From contig NW_026867487.1 in the NCBI RefSeq assembly GCF_020745735.1, positions 3,906,001-3,970,000 on the forward strand: a DNA stretch of 64,000 nucleotides. The letters are read 5' to 3'. Within the stretch, counting starts at the first letter, position 1. Each line of letters begins with the position of its first letter. Origin of the DNA: Hemiscyllium ocellatum (taxonomy: Eukaryota). The position numbers and the translations under genes were made by a program. Positions 11,748-26,120 of the stretch are shown here, piece after piece. The notes under the pieces are model-generated. The model worked only from the letters and a program-made list of their open reading frames with translations. It was not told the DNA's origin and did no database searches.

Positions 11748-13169
11748 GTATTCCAAGATAAGAAAGTTAGTTCCAGAGCTGTCCCAGGAGGGGAACAAAG
11801 ATTTCCACATCCAACCTGACAATTTCCAAATAATGGCATGCTTCACAAAGGAGGGTAAGTTTTGTAGTGCTGTGCCCGAGAGGCTGAGACAAAGTATGTT
11901 GGTTCTCCTTTCGATTATCTTTCATCTCCAATATGAAGCTGTCACTGATGCTAAGATAACTGCTGTATTTGCTGTTTTAAATGTCAGGAATTCATTTCAT
12001 GTCAAGAGTTCATACATGTACGATAAATCCACATTCTCTGAACTAGAATCAAACAGAAGATATAGCAGTGATAGAAATGAAGCATAACAGTGGAATATGA
12101 AGGAAGGCGTGCACAAACATGTGTTGTTAATAATTCTTTTGCCTTTTCTTTATAAATTGCAAAGTGATAGAGACTCACCGCGTCTTTTTTTTGCAGCAGG
12201 AGTAGCCCCATCGGCATATTCTGTGAATGCCAATTATCAAATGTTGATCGTTTCCTGCACGTGACCCATAACCATGTGCACGCTGAAGTTTCAACTGTTC
12301 ATTTAAATAGTTTATCCAACACTTTCGGATTTCAGTTGAACACAAAAAGCTCTTTCAGCTAATGGCAGGAAGCGTTGCTGTTTGCTGGCAAATGATGTCT
12401 ACATTTTCGTCAGAGAATACGGTTCTAAAAGCCCGAAATCTTTCCCTGAACATTAGCCAGTTTTACTGATAATGCCAATAGTATCAGTTTAGTTTCCACA
12501 CAGGTGTAGGTTACTAATAAAGACCATCATTCTCAATATTACACCTCATCTGCAGTGTAGTGCGCATTGTATTTAATACCAGAAGTTGCCTCTCATTTTG
12601 CCTTTCAACGTGTAGCTCAATGTCAGACTTAGTGATATTATATTCCTGGCACGTTTTATTATATATTTTATGGATTTTATGTCTTAGTTTTCGTTGCTGG
12701 CGATAAACAGGAAGATTGCTTGCACAAATAACAAGAAATAAATTCAAATTCTCCAGTGACAGCCGCTTAACCCAGCATTGCAAGAGAAGGAGAAGCAAAC
12801 GTTTTCTACGGAATTGATGATCACTGCGAATGTTCAGTTTGTTCCCGACCTCCCCACTGTCTAGATCATGCAGTGAGAGTGCTCCTCAGCTGCCGGCAAA
12901 CCCAAGACTACTATGCGACATAAGCTGGGAATTTGCCCCTATAAAAGGTGGATTTTTTATGATCAGCACTGACACAAAGAATCGAAGACCTTTTATTTCC
13001 GTGCTGTAAAATCTCGATACAGAATTGAAGTTTCCAATAGCCAGACTTTTTTTTATATTTAATTTCCTGCTACTTCCATGTCACACCGACTGTGATTTTA
13101 CTTTTACCTTTAGCTCAGTCAACTGAGCATTCAATCAAATACTCCCGCTTTCTTTAATCTTGTGTTCAG

Positions 13170-13483
13170 ATATGAACCATTCAGTGGCTGTTCCTCAGTG
13201 GAGCTCTCACGGCCAGAGACAGAATGAAAATATGATGATTTAACTGCACCGAAACTGGTGCCTTCAGTACGTAGGCAGACCGAGATGACAGTCTAGAGGA
13301 ACATGTTTGGAGATGTTGAGTTGAAGGCGGGTTTACTTTACAGCTGGTGTTCTGATACGTCTATCAATCAGATAAGGTGTATCGATTGACAGTCTCGAAG
13401 CTGGTTGTGTCTGACATCGCAGCCTGTTACTGTGCAATGAATTACACAGTGATGACCACGAGTGAAAGCCTTATACAGGCACT
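13170..13483 (+). pseudogene. TCR alpha/delta V pseudogene (family C, related to the 35 kb V)
   Basis: Acceptor TTCAG at 13169. NCTETGA...DKVYRLTVSKLVVSDIAACYCAMN with stops and a frameshift. RSS is CACAGTG (13445-13451), 23 nt, ACAGGCACT (13475-13483). Confidence 0.8.
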
Positions 13484-14665
13484 GTCGCAGGTTTCGGGGA
13501 CACAGCTTCAGCCTGTTTATGGCTATATATAACAGCGGATCAGTCGCTCACAGCTGAATGGATTTGTGTGAGAGAAATTTCACAGCCTGATCCACACAAA
13601 CAAATTTCAATTCGTTCACATGAATTACTAATTCTGATTCTGACATTGTCCCTATGGTCAAGGAATTGTTTAGTATTTATTTGGGAACTGCGGCGAATTC
13701 CTGTTACGAAGAAAGCAATTGACCAGAAACAAGACGTGTTCCAATGCGTTCATTTCAAAACAATGTCACTGCAAAGGAGCAAGTAGTGTTCAATTGAAGT
13801 ATCAGTGTATAATGAATATTGAAGTCGGCCCAGATAAGTTCCCATAATTGCAATAAACGGATGGTGAGTCTTTCAAAGTAAAAGACATTTACACATATTA
13901 ATACTAAGCAACTAAAATATTCTCGGACGCAATGAGATTCTTATCAAGACAGAATGAAGGGCTAATCAACAAAGATCAATGCATTAATAACCGATAACAC
14001 CTCATCTGGAGTCTCACTGGTGATGTTTCCTAGTCTGAAAATGAACCATTCAGCTCATGGGCAAACTTACATCCAGAACCTCAAACTGAGCTACAAATCT
14101 TCTCAAAACTCGCTAGCCTACAACACAGAATAATAATGTCCAAGTTCCGAGGATGAATAGTGGATGAGCAGAAATCAGAGCAAAGGAGAAGAGCCGAATT
14201 GAAAACTGGATGGAATAATTGATAAAATTGCTTTAGGATATGCAGACACACTACACTCACGTAAGTTCAGGTTTTGTTGACATTTTACTCCATGTTGCTT
14301 TTGCTTCATGTTCTTTGCCCCTCCTTTCTGAGCAGACATTGTTAAATTTATTCGACAGTGATTCTATTGCAATGATGAATTTTCACGGCAGCATATGTTT
14401 ACTAATCATGTATTTTGCTCAAAGTGTACACAATATTAATGAAGGTAAGAAACCTTTTCCAATGCTTCACCAACAGCTATAGATTGTTTAATTATTTTGA
14501 ATGATTTGAATTGTGGTTTGAATTTAGGAAGCAAATGTTAGTATAGATTCTATACATTTCACGTTGTTACATCAGTTCAATGTTTTGACATGAGTCCTCC
14601 TCTAGTGTGTGCAATACACCCTGTTCTCGGACAGCAGCATCTCACAAATCGTGAAACCTCTGTGC

Positions 14666-14858
14666 ACTTTTTGTACAGGCCAGAGATGCAGAAAATCGAG
14701 TGCCAAAATAACTTAATCTGATGATGTCTTTTTATTTACTGATGTAGATTAATAACATCAGAGATTGACCGAGGTCCTGACGGTACAATTGCAAGGTAAA
14801 TGATAAAATATTTGAAATTAATGAGCACCGAATCTCCTTAAATCACTGTACCTATTTC
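14666..14858 (-). pseudogene. Internally deleted V relic
   Basis: Acceptor TTACAG, then FR2 LYRQDLGQSLMLLIYIS (14788-14738) and a truncated FR3. A nonamer-like ACAAAAAGT lies at 14674-14666 and the heptamer is eroded. Confidence 0.5.
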
Positions 14859-15812
14859 CTGTAAGACGGGTGTGCATCGTTAACGCCTGTAGAATTTTAG
14901 AAATGAAATGACATTATTAGGATGACTATAATCAATGTTACCAAACTAAGAGCATACATTGTGATACAGGAAGCAATGGAAAATGGAAGATTGCTAGGCC
15001 CGTATTACATACAACTGAGCATTTTAGAACTCTAGAACATACCAGTTAGGAGAACTGCAACAGTTAGGAATAAGTAAAAAGGGAACACAGAGATGTTTAC
15101 CATGCAAATTGTGCCTTTATGTAAGACGAATAAGGATCAATTGTTTCAGCTGAGATCTGATGGTGAATTTGAATAAAATTAACAGAAGCTGAATTGTTTC
15201 AGCTCAGAGTTTAGAAGATGTTGAGACATATGTAGACTCGCTGCTGATAAGTTCCTTTCTGACAGAGATACCCCTTCACGCGTATTCAGCATAAACAAAC
15301 TTTTGTTCTGCAGTAAATGGCATTGGATAGCCGGCCACAGGATAGAGAATGAGAGTTACAAGAGGCATTTGGACCTATACCCTTCTCTACCACCGAGTAG
15401 CACCATTTCAAACTACGATACATTCGCCCACTTGCATTAACTCTTAACCCATTACTTATTAACATTACAACTCTTTCGACATCACTCTTAAAAATAAATG
15501 TAATGTGACCAGTCTATGGGATACATTACAATAACCAGCTAGCATTCAAACTAATGCTGGTTCTTTGGTGGTCAGTATTTGATTTGGGCTAGTTATTTTA
15601 ACAATGAATATTGTCGCGTTTTCAATGCCAGTGTCTGTCTTAAAAGATTTGAACCATGAATATCACGCAAGTCACTGTAGAGAAGAATATAGATTAAGAC
15701 ACTGAAAGAGACTTTGAAAACTCTCGCCTTTCTACATTTTGACAATACTAACAATTCAAGAAAGAGATCATAATTTGACTCAGTGAGTTGCTGGTGCTAA
15801 GAGTCTCTTGTT

Positions 15813-16295
15813 TCTTTTTGTAAGGGCTGAGTGCATTTCTGTAACAATGTGGGCAGCAGTGCACAGTAATACATTGCTGAGTCGGAGACACGAACTCCCG
15901 TGATGCTTAATGGAACTGTTTTCTTATCTTTTTCCAAAAAGGCAGAAAACCGATCAGAAAACTTTGGAGACGTATCTCCATTTTCCTTATCGAACCTCCT
16001 CAGTAAATATTCCAGAGATTCCCCGGGATACTGGATGTACCAGAAGAGGGTTGGTGCACCATACTTTGTCGTGTACGTGCAATTCAACTTTATGGTCTGT
16101 CCTTCTTGAACTTGCAATTGAAGAGGATCTTGTGAAACTGAATCCTGGCCTGTCGTTCCTGTAACAAACAGATACAATATATCAAAAATAAGTGCTAATA
16201 ATGAAGCAAAACAAAAAAACACATGTTGAGTTTTTCAGTTCAGACTCACCAGACAACATGGCCATGATTATAATTAAAGTATGCAGTGAATACAT
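15813..16295 (-). CDS. T-cell receptor alpha/delta variable segment, apparently functional (family B)
   Basis: Leader 16295-16250 (MYSLHTLIIIMAMLS, GTGAGT donor). V exon 16158-15852: TTGQDSVSQDP...IKLNC...TLFWYIQYPGESLEYLL...DRFSAF...VPLSITGVRVSDSAMYYCALLP. RSS is CACATTG (15851-15845), 23 nt, ACAAAAAGA (15821-15813). Confidence 0.95.
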
Positions 16296-17184
16296 GGCAC
16301 GTTGTCCAAGAGTAAATAATGCACACGGTAAAGTATGTTGTCACATACAACTTGATGCTGGCGACAGAGCTCTGATCAGGGGTACTCGTGACTTACTGTG
16401 AATCTCTACAGCATTTCTCCTAGGTTCAATTGGCTGTTTCTCATATCTGACGTTAACGGTAGACCAATCACCATTCATTTAAAAATAAATACTTGTGGCT
16501 CTCTCCAATCAATTGTCGGATTGTATATGCTATTCAACCTGCTCAGAGTTACTATGCATCTCAGGACTTGACTCGGGCCCCCTGGCACAACCACTGTTTC
16601 CTCAATAACCTGACACCCATACTTCTTTGTCATTGCCCAGTTTGCGAACTGACTGTTAGCTTTTATTAGCCAACGGGGCGTCCAGCAAGTACAAACAGGA
16701 ATTCAAAGGTTAATCAGATGAATTCCCTCCTGTGGAGGAAACTACATCATCCCATTAATGCCATCACAAAATTATGTAGAAAAAAGTCCTTTATTTTACT
16801 GATGAAGGCATCAAGAATACAGAAACTCCAGCAAAAAGCCAGTGTTAATCAAACTTACAACGACAACTTTCGACAATCAGCGCTTCAATAACTGATCTAA
16901 GAATCCTGAGATACCCAAGCGTTTCCCTTGCAGACAATCCAGTTTAACATAACATAATCAGATACTGAGAGAACGCAGCAAATGAGTGTCAGGCTAGAAA
17001 TGGAAATGCTCCAACTTTGAATCGCACAATTCGTACAGCATTGGAAACAGGCCGTTTAGCATGACAAGTACACAATGAACCACTGAAGAATATTGCACCT
17101 AGACCCAAACCAATATTTTATCACTGCATCTCAAGGAGACATGCACATGCTTGGATTGTGAGTAGAAACCGTTCCAAGCAAAAG

Positions 17185-17275
17185 GAGAATTTGCAAACTC
17201 CACGCAGCCTGTTGCCTGAGTGTGGATTCAAACCCTGACATTGTGAGGCAACGTTGCTGACCTCTGCGTCATCGT
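17185..17275 (-). mobile_element. Degenerate HE1-type SINE 5' half
   Basis: The + strand TTTGCAAACTCCACGCAG...TGTGAGGCA matches the reverse of the SINE head. Confidence 0.55.
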
Positions 17276-18039
17276 GGATTAGAGATCATGAAGTTACCAG
17301 GAGATGGTTCAATTTTAGAGATTTACCTTATTTTTGCTTACTGCTTACTGATTCATTTTTAACACTTTCCTTTACATTGTTAATAGAGTCACACTTTAAT
17401 CAACAAAACTTTCCTACTGCAAAGAAAATGGTGGACTGTGAGTGGAAAGTGAACAAGCCTTCCAAGTAGACAAATCAAGTGCAAGCGTAACGAAGACACT
17501 AGCCTGAGCGTGGAATCCAACGTACATCCCTGGTATTGGAAAGCAGCCGGGCTAACCAGTAAGCCACCGTGCACTCGTGAGTGTGACATTATATGGAGAT
17601 GGCTCAGTTTTAGAAATAACTCCAACAGCCTTGGCATTCATTACAAACAAAATATTTCACAGAATGGATGGTTCGATGGATAAGCCAACATTTATTGATA
17701 ACCTCTAACTGCCCTTGAGAAGGTATTGGCGAGCTGCCTTCCTTTCTGTGACTGTTATTGGAGTATTGGACAACCAGATTGGTATCAGAAAAGTGGGACT
17801 CAAAACTTCAGACCCAGGGATACTGAACTAATAGTGATGTAGATAGTACAAGTCAACGTACTGCATCACTTCTATGGAAACTTTTGTCGTAATGATCCAT
17901 AGATCCCTCGTATTATAACAATGAATTCTGATGTCAATAAGTAAACAATGAGAGAGAATCAATACTCCTATTAATAGAAGCCGAGCCTTGATCACCTGTT
18001 CGACCAGAGATTAGATCTAAATTATTCTCTTACTTCTAC

Positions 18040-18420
18040 CTGCTGAAAAATGTCCATTCTGTCACAAAATAATGTACGAAATGATCCATAATCTTCAGAT
18101 GTTGGCGAGAGAATGGGAAGTGTAGCATTGGAATTTTCCAATCATTTAATATTAATTTGATCACCATTCCTGGAACAGACGGAGGCGAAAGGATTCCTTT
18201 TGACAAGTGATCAGCATTTGTCGAGGCTTTACTGTGATCGCTCAGATTAGAAAGCGATGGGAGATAGAAAAAAAAACACATTAGCGTTCTTGAATTCTCT
18301 TCCATCTTATTACCAGCAATTTCCAACTTCATTGCAATGAGTTGCTTCAGCATTTAGATCCCAAGCTCATCCCCACTCAAATAATGTTTCCCATTTTTCA
18401 TATCTTCCATTTATCTGTTT
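18040..18420 (-). mobile_element. Degenerate CR1-type LINE ORF2 fragment
   Basis: Decayed similarity to the region before the CR1 RT (DWKIPMLHFPF, compare DWKVANVTPLF). Confidence 0.45.
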
Positions 18421-19267
18421 TTTCCAAAGATTAATACCTGAAGCTAAATATTAAATATTTGGACAACTTCATGAAATTGCAAAATATACTTATAGTCATA
18501 ACATTTGTAAAGTATATATCAAAATGCTTTGACTTGAAAAATACAGAATGCACAATAAAATTCAACTTGCTTCTTTTGAAAACATGCTCGTCTGTCTAAG
18601 TGCTTTATAATTGCAACTCTCTTTTGTTAATTATTAATAGATGACAGTTAAAACTAAGTGCAGACATTTCATGTAAATGTTCTATTTATTCCACTGTTGA
18701 AGAAACCACATTGACCTCAGTGCCTGTGATCGAGCCAAAAGATGCGTGTTTGTGTGTGTGCGTGGGTGTGTGTGTTTCAAAGAACTGCGGGCAAGAGAAT
18801 TAGGCACTATGACTGAATGTGCGACATGGTTTGCAGCTGTTTCCAAAAATGCACGTGGTAATGTTTTTGCATTCGTCTACCAAAATGTAAAAAATACTTA
18901 CTGAACACTATGCCCCAACTTTCCCCTCCCTCCCCCCCCCGCCACCCTCCCCCCCAAGTCAAATTACCAATAGTGACGCAAGTGCAATTTCAATGAAGTT
19001 TCCGCGTTTGGCAATGGAAGGAACTAGGTGTCGAGATGAGAAGGGAAGCCATTGGCGTCGTTCATTGGAAAAATAACATGAAACAGAATTACACAGACAG
19101 AGACTAAGGTGATGTTCGTGCAATATTTTCATGCCGAGTTTACACAGTCATAGAAATCTGCAAATACAACCCAACTGTTGTTACTCAGTTGTTTTTTTAT
19201 CGTCTCTTCAGAAGTTTTTGTCTACGATTCTCTCTCTGGAGGTGAATCTTTTTCTGTTCCTCGGTGT

Positions 19268-19287
19268 GGCAGCGCCCTCTTGTGACC
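19268..19287 (-). promoter_or_regulatory. CTCF-binding motif
   Basis: The minus strand reads GGTCACAAGAGGGCGCTGCC. Confidence 0.7.
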
Positions 19288-19311
19288 ACTAACTGGAACT
19301 CTGCCAGTGTT

Positions 19312-19818
19312 TTTCTTTTCTAAGCCCGACCACATCTCTGCATCAATGTGGGTCTCATTGCACAGAAATACGCAGCAAAGTCGGAGGTGACGGTCTTGCA
19401 GATCGCTAATTTGACACTGTTTTTACTCGTATCAAATGTCAAAGAAAAACGATCTGACTGAGTAGGATTCTTGACTACCACCATAGCTGTAATCACGTGA
19501 ACCTCGTATTGTTGAGGTTGCCCTGTAAATTGACTGTACCAGTCAACTTAAAGATTAGCAGTACTTTACTTGAATTTGCAAGAGAGTGTGAAACTTTTTC
19601 CTTCATCAAAAACGATTTAAGAAATGAGTTTGCCATGTGCCTTCGCGACTGTATTTTAAGAAAAATGAAAAACAATTATTGAAGTAATGATCAACATAAT
19701 CATCGTTTAAATCATAATCATGTCTCGACTACAGACAGCTTGGTCGGAGAACGAATGGAAGGACAGACTTACTAAAGAAGTGAGACAATATTATGGAATC
19801 GTTAAGGCATTTTCTCAT
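19312..19818 (-). pseudogene. TCR alpha/delta V pseudogene (family D)
   Basis: Leader 19818-19773 (MRKCLNDSIILSHFF, GTAAGT donor). Exon 19648-19351: ...FTLSCKFK*STANL*VDWYSQFTGQPQQY...SDRFSLTFDTSKNSVKLAICKTVTSDFAAYFCAMRP, with three in-frame stops. RSS is CACATTG, 23 nt, GAAAAGAAA. Confidence 0.9.
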
Positions 19819-21527
19819 GGTGCTGTTGGTGTTTGTAATTATTCAGTCTAGAAAACCATCTATCCTCGGTCCACTTTCAAAGTTGCTTCAGTCAAACACA
19901 AACAGTCAGATCTGCAACAATCTCTGAAATCTTTAAAGCTCTAGTTTTCTGGAGGGGAGGTGGTGGCTTCAGTAATGTGTCTGGACTCATGGTGGATGTG
20001 GCATGAGTGACATGAACATTAGTTCCCTTTGGTTCTCTTTCGTTTGTTTCTCGTTTAGTTTTAAATTACATAGTTTATACTCTGTACAAGAACACACGTG
20101 ATAATGAAATCTCATGCCAACTAGAAATTTGCTCACAATTTCTAACCGTGCATTGACATTAGTAGAGCCATTCTTATTTTGGCTAAACCCTACATACTGC
20201 ATGTGTCTTATTTATCTTGTTCCACACATCTATAAATCACGAATCAACACAATCCCTAGGCCAAAACAAAAGTCCATTTCTGCCCCCCATCCCCGGTTTA
20301 TTTGCGCTACTCCTCGGATTGTCTTCTCTTTCCTCTCATCTGCGTGTCCTCAGTTTTCTAGAGCCTTTCTTCAGGTTGAGAATCAAATCTATGTGTCTCA
20401 TGCAGAGATTGGAATCACCAGCGGTTGTTTGTGAATCCTCTCCATTCACATGTCAATGAAAGACGTTGTTTTCATGTCTTGAAATCGCAATTACACAGCA
20501 AACGATTTATCATAAGTTTCTGGAAGTTGATAAAGTTCGTGAAGAATCTGTAGTTCAGAAACAACATATCAGTCATTACACAAAGAAAGCATGCAACCGT
20601 GAAAACTGGGGTGGTTCGGCAATACCTGAGGACATTTGTGCTGTCATCCAGGAATGTTTCAGACTCTTCATGGTTGTGATGGTAGCATGATGTTTTCTAG
20701 CCATGCTATTAAAAAAAAACTATTCCCTTGGTCTTTCTCCTCTCCATTGGTAAGTCTTCCCCTTGCCTGGTGAAGACTTCTTGATAAAGACTGCTTTCCA
20801 CTTTACCTTGAGTCTATTCTTGGTCCCTGCAAGGATCCTTACGCAAAGATTTGACTTGCCCCCGTGCTACAGCATGCCCATTGCAAATATGATTTCTCTA
20901 TATTTCTAAGCCACAGTGTAGATATTCTGGCATACAATTAGAGTATCCTCGATGAGCTTTCCTGGCGTCGCCTATCCTGAACGCTCTACTTTTTCTGACA
21001 CTGACATTTATTACTTAATCTTAATTCTAGGAGAACGTTAATTTTATACATGCATTTCAATTATCTAAACCCTTTTGTTGAATAGGTATGTGGCAGCCAC
21101 TCACGCCGTTAGATTATGACTGCCCCACAAACTGTTTCTGATAAAGGTTAGTTCACCATATTTCTGAAGCTTAACTTGTAAAAAGAAAACAGAGATAATG
21201 GAATGCGTTAGCACCAGGTGAATTGTTGATGCTGGTCTTGGGAATTGTGGTTTACCAGTTTTTTCCAATGTCCCTCTTTGTTTTCATGTGTTAATTTTTT
21301 AGAAGATTAAGCTCAGTTGTAGTAGGTGTTAAATAAAATCTCTTGCCACACAGTAAATGCAGGAAAGATCATTTTTCTAAAAAGAAAATCTTCAATACAT
21401 GCTTTCCTTCCTCACCAGAGAACAGAGCCAAGTTGCTATTCCTCAATGTGAAACCTTTTAATTATTTCCCCTCATCCTCTGTGTGTTTGTGGACGTGTTT
21501 GCATTTGTCTGTTTCAGATGTCTTCGC

Positions 21528-21760
21528 AATTTCCAATGGATGGCGATGACTGCTCACTTACTCAAAATCATAAGGCTCCTTCTACAGAAAGAGAAATTTG
21601 AAAACGTATCAATATGCCTGGAGGAGAAGCACGCTGATCGACTAATAAGCTCTGAATTTAGTTTTGCCCCATTCTGTGCCTGATTAAGACCGTGATCATT
21701 ATCACTCTTTCTGGAGTTTAGCCAGAAAGCACAGGTGTGAAACTCTAGCAACCTCCGGCT
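21528..21760 (+). pseudogene. Possible highly decayed V relic
   Basis: Acceptor TTTCAG followed by DVFA, a frameshifted YQYPG(G)EA-like segment and ITLSGV*PESTGV (compare LTISGVQPEDTGVYYC). No RSS was recognised. Confidence 0.3.
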
Positions 21761-22099
21761 ATCGCCTTGTGACAGGTATTTTGGATTTGAATCTGCTTTC
21801 TAAATTTCCCAGTCATTCCAACATTACCAATTCATGTTCCTGAATGATCAGTATCTTTCTTTTTGCATTCTTGTGCACTGTGTCTGCTGTTTGTCCTCAG
21901 AGTTGATCAACAGGGATTCAGTATCCTATCAGAATAAGAAGTTATACCATTAAAAGAGGAACATTCAGCAATATATATCCTCTACCTCATGCGCCAAGAG
22001 ACTGTGGATTGCTTTTGTATCTCCAGTATCCACATGAAAATGCTCAATTTCTGCTCAGAACCCTTAATTCTGATGCTAACAAAACTGTTCCCAGGTTTG

Positions 22100-23390
22100 A
22101 ACACTGTAAGGAATAGATTGTTGACACTATTGTCAGTGTTGCGTAAGTTCTTGGAGGGATTCTGAAGAACAGGATTTCCATGCATGTGGAACGACAGTAC
22201 TGAGTAGGGACAATCAACAACACTTTGCATGTCAGAATTCCTAGGTCAATTACTGATTTTTTTTGTGAATGGCAAAGAAGATTGATGAAGACAGGGAACT
22301 AGACGTTGGCTATATAAACTTGAGCAAGGCTATTGACAAGGTTTCATATTGCAGACAGTTTACTAAGTCATAATTACATGAGATCCGGGGGAATCTAGCC
22401 AATTGGATAAAAAATTTCCATGAAAAATTTAAACAGAAGAGTATGATCTATGGTTATATTTCGGAGGAGGCCTGTGATAAGTGGACTGCTGGATCCTTTG
22501 CGTTTTGTCATTTTTATGAATAATTTGGATGTTCATAGAGGAAGTATGCTAAGTAAGTTTAGTGTAGTTTACAGAAAAGAACATTACCTCAGTATAATTC
22601 GTCTTTTATCAGATGTTGCAGAAGGCATTTAATTTCCAAAAACGTGAGCTGTTGCATTTTATTAAAAGAAGACAGGTCAGGAATTATTTAATGGTAAGGC
22701 ACTGCGCAATGTTTCCCAACAAAAAGACAGGGGCAGGGTGGGGGTGGGGTGTTGTGCAGGTGCATAATTCCTTGAAAGTGGATTCACGCGTATACAGAAT
22801 TGTGAAGAATAAATTAGGCACGTTTGATTTCATTAGTCAGAAGTAGAGAAGCCATTTTCCAGATATACAGGGGGTTGATTAATTAACATTCAGAATACTC
22901 CATACGATTCTGCCCCCTCTCCGAAAGGAAGAATGTTGTTAAACTTGAAAGGGTACAGAAATTATGCAAATTATGTTGCAGAATTTGACGTATATGGAGA
23001 GAAATAAAAGGCTGAAACTTTTTTTCCTACAGCGTTAGATTATGAGGGGTGGTATTATAAGTGGCATGGATAGGCTTAATAGCCAAAGTCTTGTTCCCAC
23101 GTCCGAGGAGTCCAAGTTAGATCGCGTGAGTTTAAGGTGATGGGGCAAATGTAAAGGGACCCGAGAGGCAACCTTTTAATAAAACATTGGCCATGTGCTG
23201 GGCAAGATGCCAGTGCTGGAGGCGAGTACAATTTCAACATTTAAAAGACGTTTCGCTGTGTGAATAAATAAGAAGTGTTTAGAGGAACACGGGCCAAATG
23301 GTATCAAATGGGACAGATTAGTTCAGGCCATCTGGTCATTGCAAACGAGTTGTACCAAAGGGTCTGTTTCTGTGCTGTATGACTCTATTT
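22100..23390 (+). mobile_element. CR1-type LINE, RT to 3' end, decayed
   Basis: KFLEGILKNRI and LSKAIDKVS remnants (RT start). The 3' tail AAGGGTCTGTTTCTGTGCTGTATGACTCTA resembles the SINE tail. Confidence 0.8.
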
Positions 23391-23449
23391 CTCAGTCCGT
23401 AACTGTTTCACGGAGGTACATAATTTGACTCTAGCATAATATAGAGTCA

Positions 23450-25870
23450 TATAGGCATAGAGAAATGTAGCATCAAAACAGACCCTTCGGTCCAACTCGA
23501 CCATGGCACCGAGTTATCGTAAACAAATCTATCCTCATTTGCCAACATTTAACCCATATTCGTCTAAACCCTTTCTATTCATACCGCCATTCAGATGCTT
23601 TTCCAATGTTGTAATTGCACCAACTTCCACAACTTCCTCTGGAAGATCATTTGATCAAATCATCACTGTCTGTATGAACAATGTTGCCCCTAATGTTCCT
23701 TAGAAATCGTGCCCTTTTTATCTGAACCCTGTGGCCTTTAGTTTTGGAATTTCTATAACGGGGAAAAGACGTTAGCTATTCACTTTATCCATGCCCCTCC
23801 TGATTTTATTAACCTCTCAGCCTCCGACGCTGCCGGGAAAATAGACCCAGACTATTCAGGCTCTCTCTAAACTCAAACACTCCAACCCTGGCAACATTCT
23901 TGCAAATGTTCTTGGAATACTTTAAAGTTTCAAAGTCCTTCCTGTGGCAGGGAGACCAGAATTGCTTGCGGTGTTCCAAAAATGGTCTAATCAAAGTCCT
24001 TTACAGCAGCAGCATGACCTCTCAATTCTGATACTCAATGCACTGACCATAAATGTAAGCATATCAGACGCCTTATTAATCACCCTGTTGGCATCAGACT
24101 TAAACTTTCAAGAAACAATGAATCTGTATTAAGGTCTTTTTGTTCAGCAACATTCCCCAGGTCCGTAATATTAAGTGTATAAGCCGTCCCCCGATTTGCC
24201 TTTATAAAATACAGAACCTCACGTTTTCAAAGCTAGACTACATCCACCAATTCTTTGCCCATTGACCCATTTGCTCGTACGGCCAAGGTCCTGTTGTACT
24301 CTGAGATAATCGTCGCTGCCGATTACTCACCTACTTGTAGTGTCATCTGCAAACTTATGAACCATGCCTCCTACGTTCACGTTGAAATTATTCATATGAA
24401 TTAAGAAAAACAGTTGCCCTATCACCAATCCCCACAGCATGCTACTGGTCACGAGTTTACAGTCTAAAAAGGAAATCTCCAGCCATATGCTCTGTCTTCT
24501 GTCTCCGAGCCAGTTCCATGCCCAGATGCCTTGTTCTCTCTGTATTCCATTTGATCGATCCTCGCTCATGATGAGGAATATTGTTGAATGCTTTTTTAAA
24601 AAAAATCACATCGATGATATCCATTACTCTTGCCTCGTAAATTTTCTTTGTCACTTCTTCAAACATTTAATCAACACAAATGGACACAAATTCACATGAA
24701 CAAAGATACGTTGACTAACCCATTCAGCCATCCTTTTCCAAATGATTCTAACTTCGGTCCCTCATAATTCTCTCCAAAAACTCGAACACCACTGAAATCA
24801 GGCGCACTTGTCTGTAGTTAACTGATTTTCCCTTACTAAATTTCTTAAAGAGGCAACATGGTTGCCAATCTCCAAGCTTCTTCCACCATACTCACGGCTA
24901 TTTATCGTCTGAATATCTCGGCAAAGGGCCCAGAAATCACTTTACTAGCTACCCACAGAGGTCTAATGTTAGGAATCATGCATTTCAAGATGTCCAGCAC
25001 CTCCTCCTCTCTAATATAGACATTTTTGAACATATCAGTACTTGTTTCCACACATTCTCTATCTTCCGTATCCTGCTAATCACTGCTGAAAAATATTTGT
25101 TTCGTACCTGCACAATCTCCAGCGGTTCCCCGTATAAGAGGACTTCCTTATGTTCCTAGAGCCCTTTTCTCTTCATTGATACTCTTATGACTTTAATCTA
25201 TTTGTAAATTCCCTTTAGATTCCCCTTAACGCGTTTTGCATCCAGCCTGCCCTGATTGTTTGATTCACCCCATTCCACACGTGCACCTGTTTCAGACTGA
25301 CGTCTTTTCTCTCTGTCTCCCCAGTCCACGCCACTTCCAAGCCCAGTTTAACTTCTCGTAGCTTGGGCAAATTTCCCTCCCAGTATATTTATCCCCATCC
25401 AATTTATGTGCCCACCATCCATTTGTAAGCAGATCATTTCTATACCCAAAACCGATTCCAACGATACAAGCATTTATCTGCTCCATCTTCTTATTCCTTC
25501 CCTCATTAGCTCGTGTCATTCAGAGGAATCCAAGTATTGCTCCGGTTGAGAACCTCCATTTTAACTTCCTGTCAAACGTCGTTTTTCTGTCATCAGAATC
25601 TCGACTTTCACTCTTTTTTTATCGCTAGTTCCCATATGTCCAACGACCTCCTCGTGTTCCCCCTCTCCTTTGAGAATCTTCTGCACTTTCAGAAACATCC
25701 TTGATTCGAGCACCAAGGAAGCAACGTATGATTCTGATGTATTGATGTTGGCCGCAGAAACCTCTGTCTGTGTCTCTGACTAGAGAGTCTCCAATCACAA
25801 TTGATCACTTGGAACCTGACGTTCCTCTGTTTAAAGTAGAACCAGTCGTGATACCAAGGAGCTAGCTGCC
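23450..25870 (-). mobile_element. CR1-type LINE, endonuclease-RT-3' end, decayed; tail-to-tail with the previous copy
   Basis: ORF track fragments FEEVTKKIYEARVMDIIDVIFFKKAFNNIPH, GGMVHKFADDT and IRPFLEHRKQFWSP...SLGLFSRQRRRLRG. Confidence 0.85.
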
Positions 25871-26009
25871 AGTGTTACATTATCGATCAGAGTGCATCGC
25901 CCGGCAACCCAAATGTTCCAAAAGAAATCAGGTGTGAGTGACATGTCAGCAAGTGGAATTTCCTCGAGCTGTTCAATGTTCATTATATATCAGGGAATAT
26001 TTGTCTTCA

Positions 26010-26120
26010 ACATTTATTTTGTATATATTTCGTATTTTCCACAACTTCTATCCACTTCTTCAGTCCACACGTTATTATCAGGTTCCAGGTATTCGATAGT
26101 GTGCAGTTTTGTTTGAATTT
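26010..26120 (-). pseudogene. Possible V 3' end relic
   Basis: TIEYLEPDN followed by TGT GGA CTG AAG and a nonamer-like ACAAAATAA. About 60 bp are shared with 27570-27625. Confidence 0.3.

Noticed and set aside
12185-12520. Acceptor plus NLSLNISQ and CACACAGGTG as a V relic
   Set aside because: The similarity is too short and there is no nonamer at 12 or 23 spacing.
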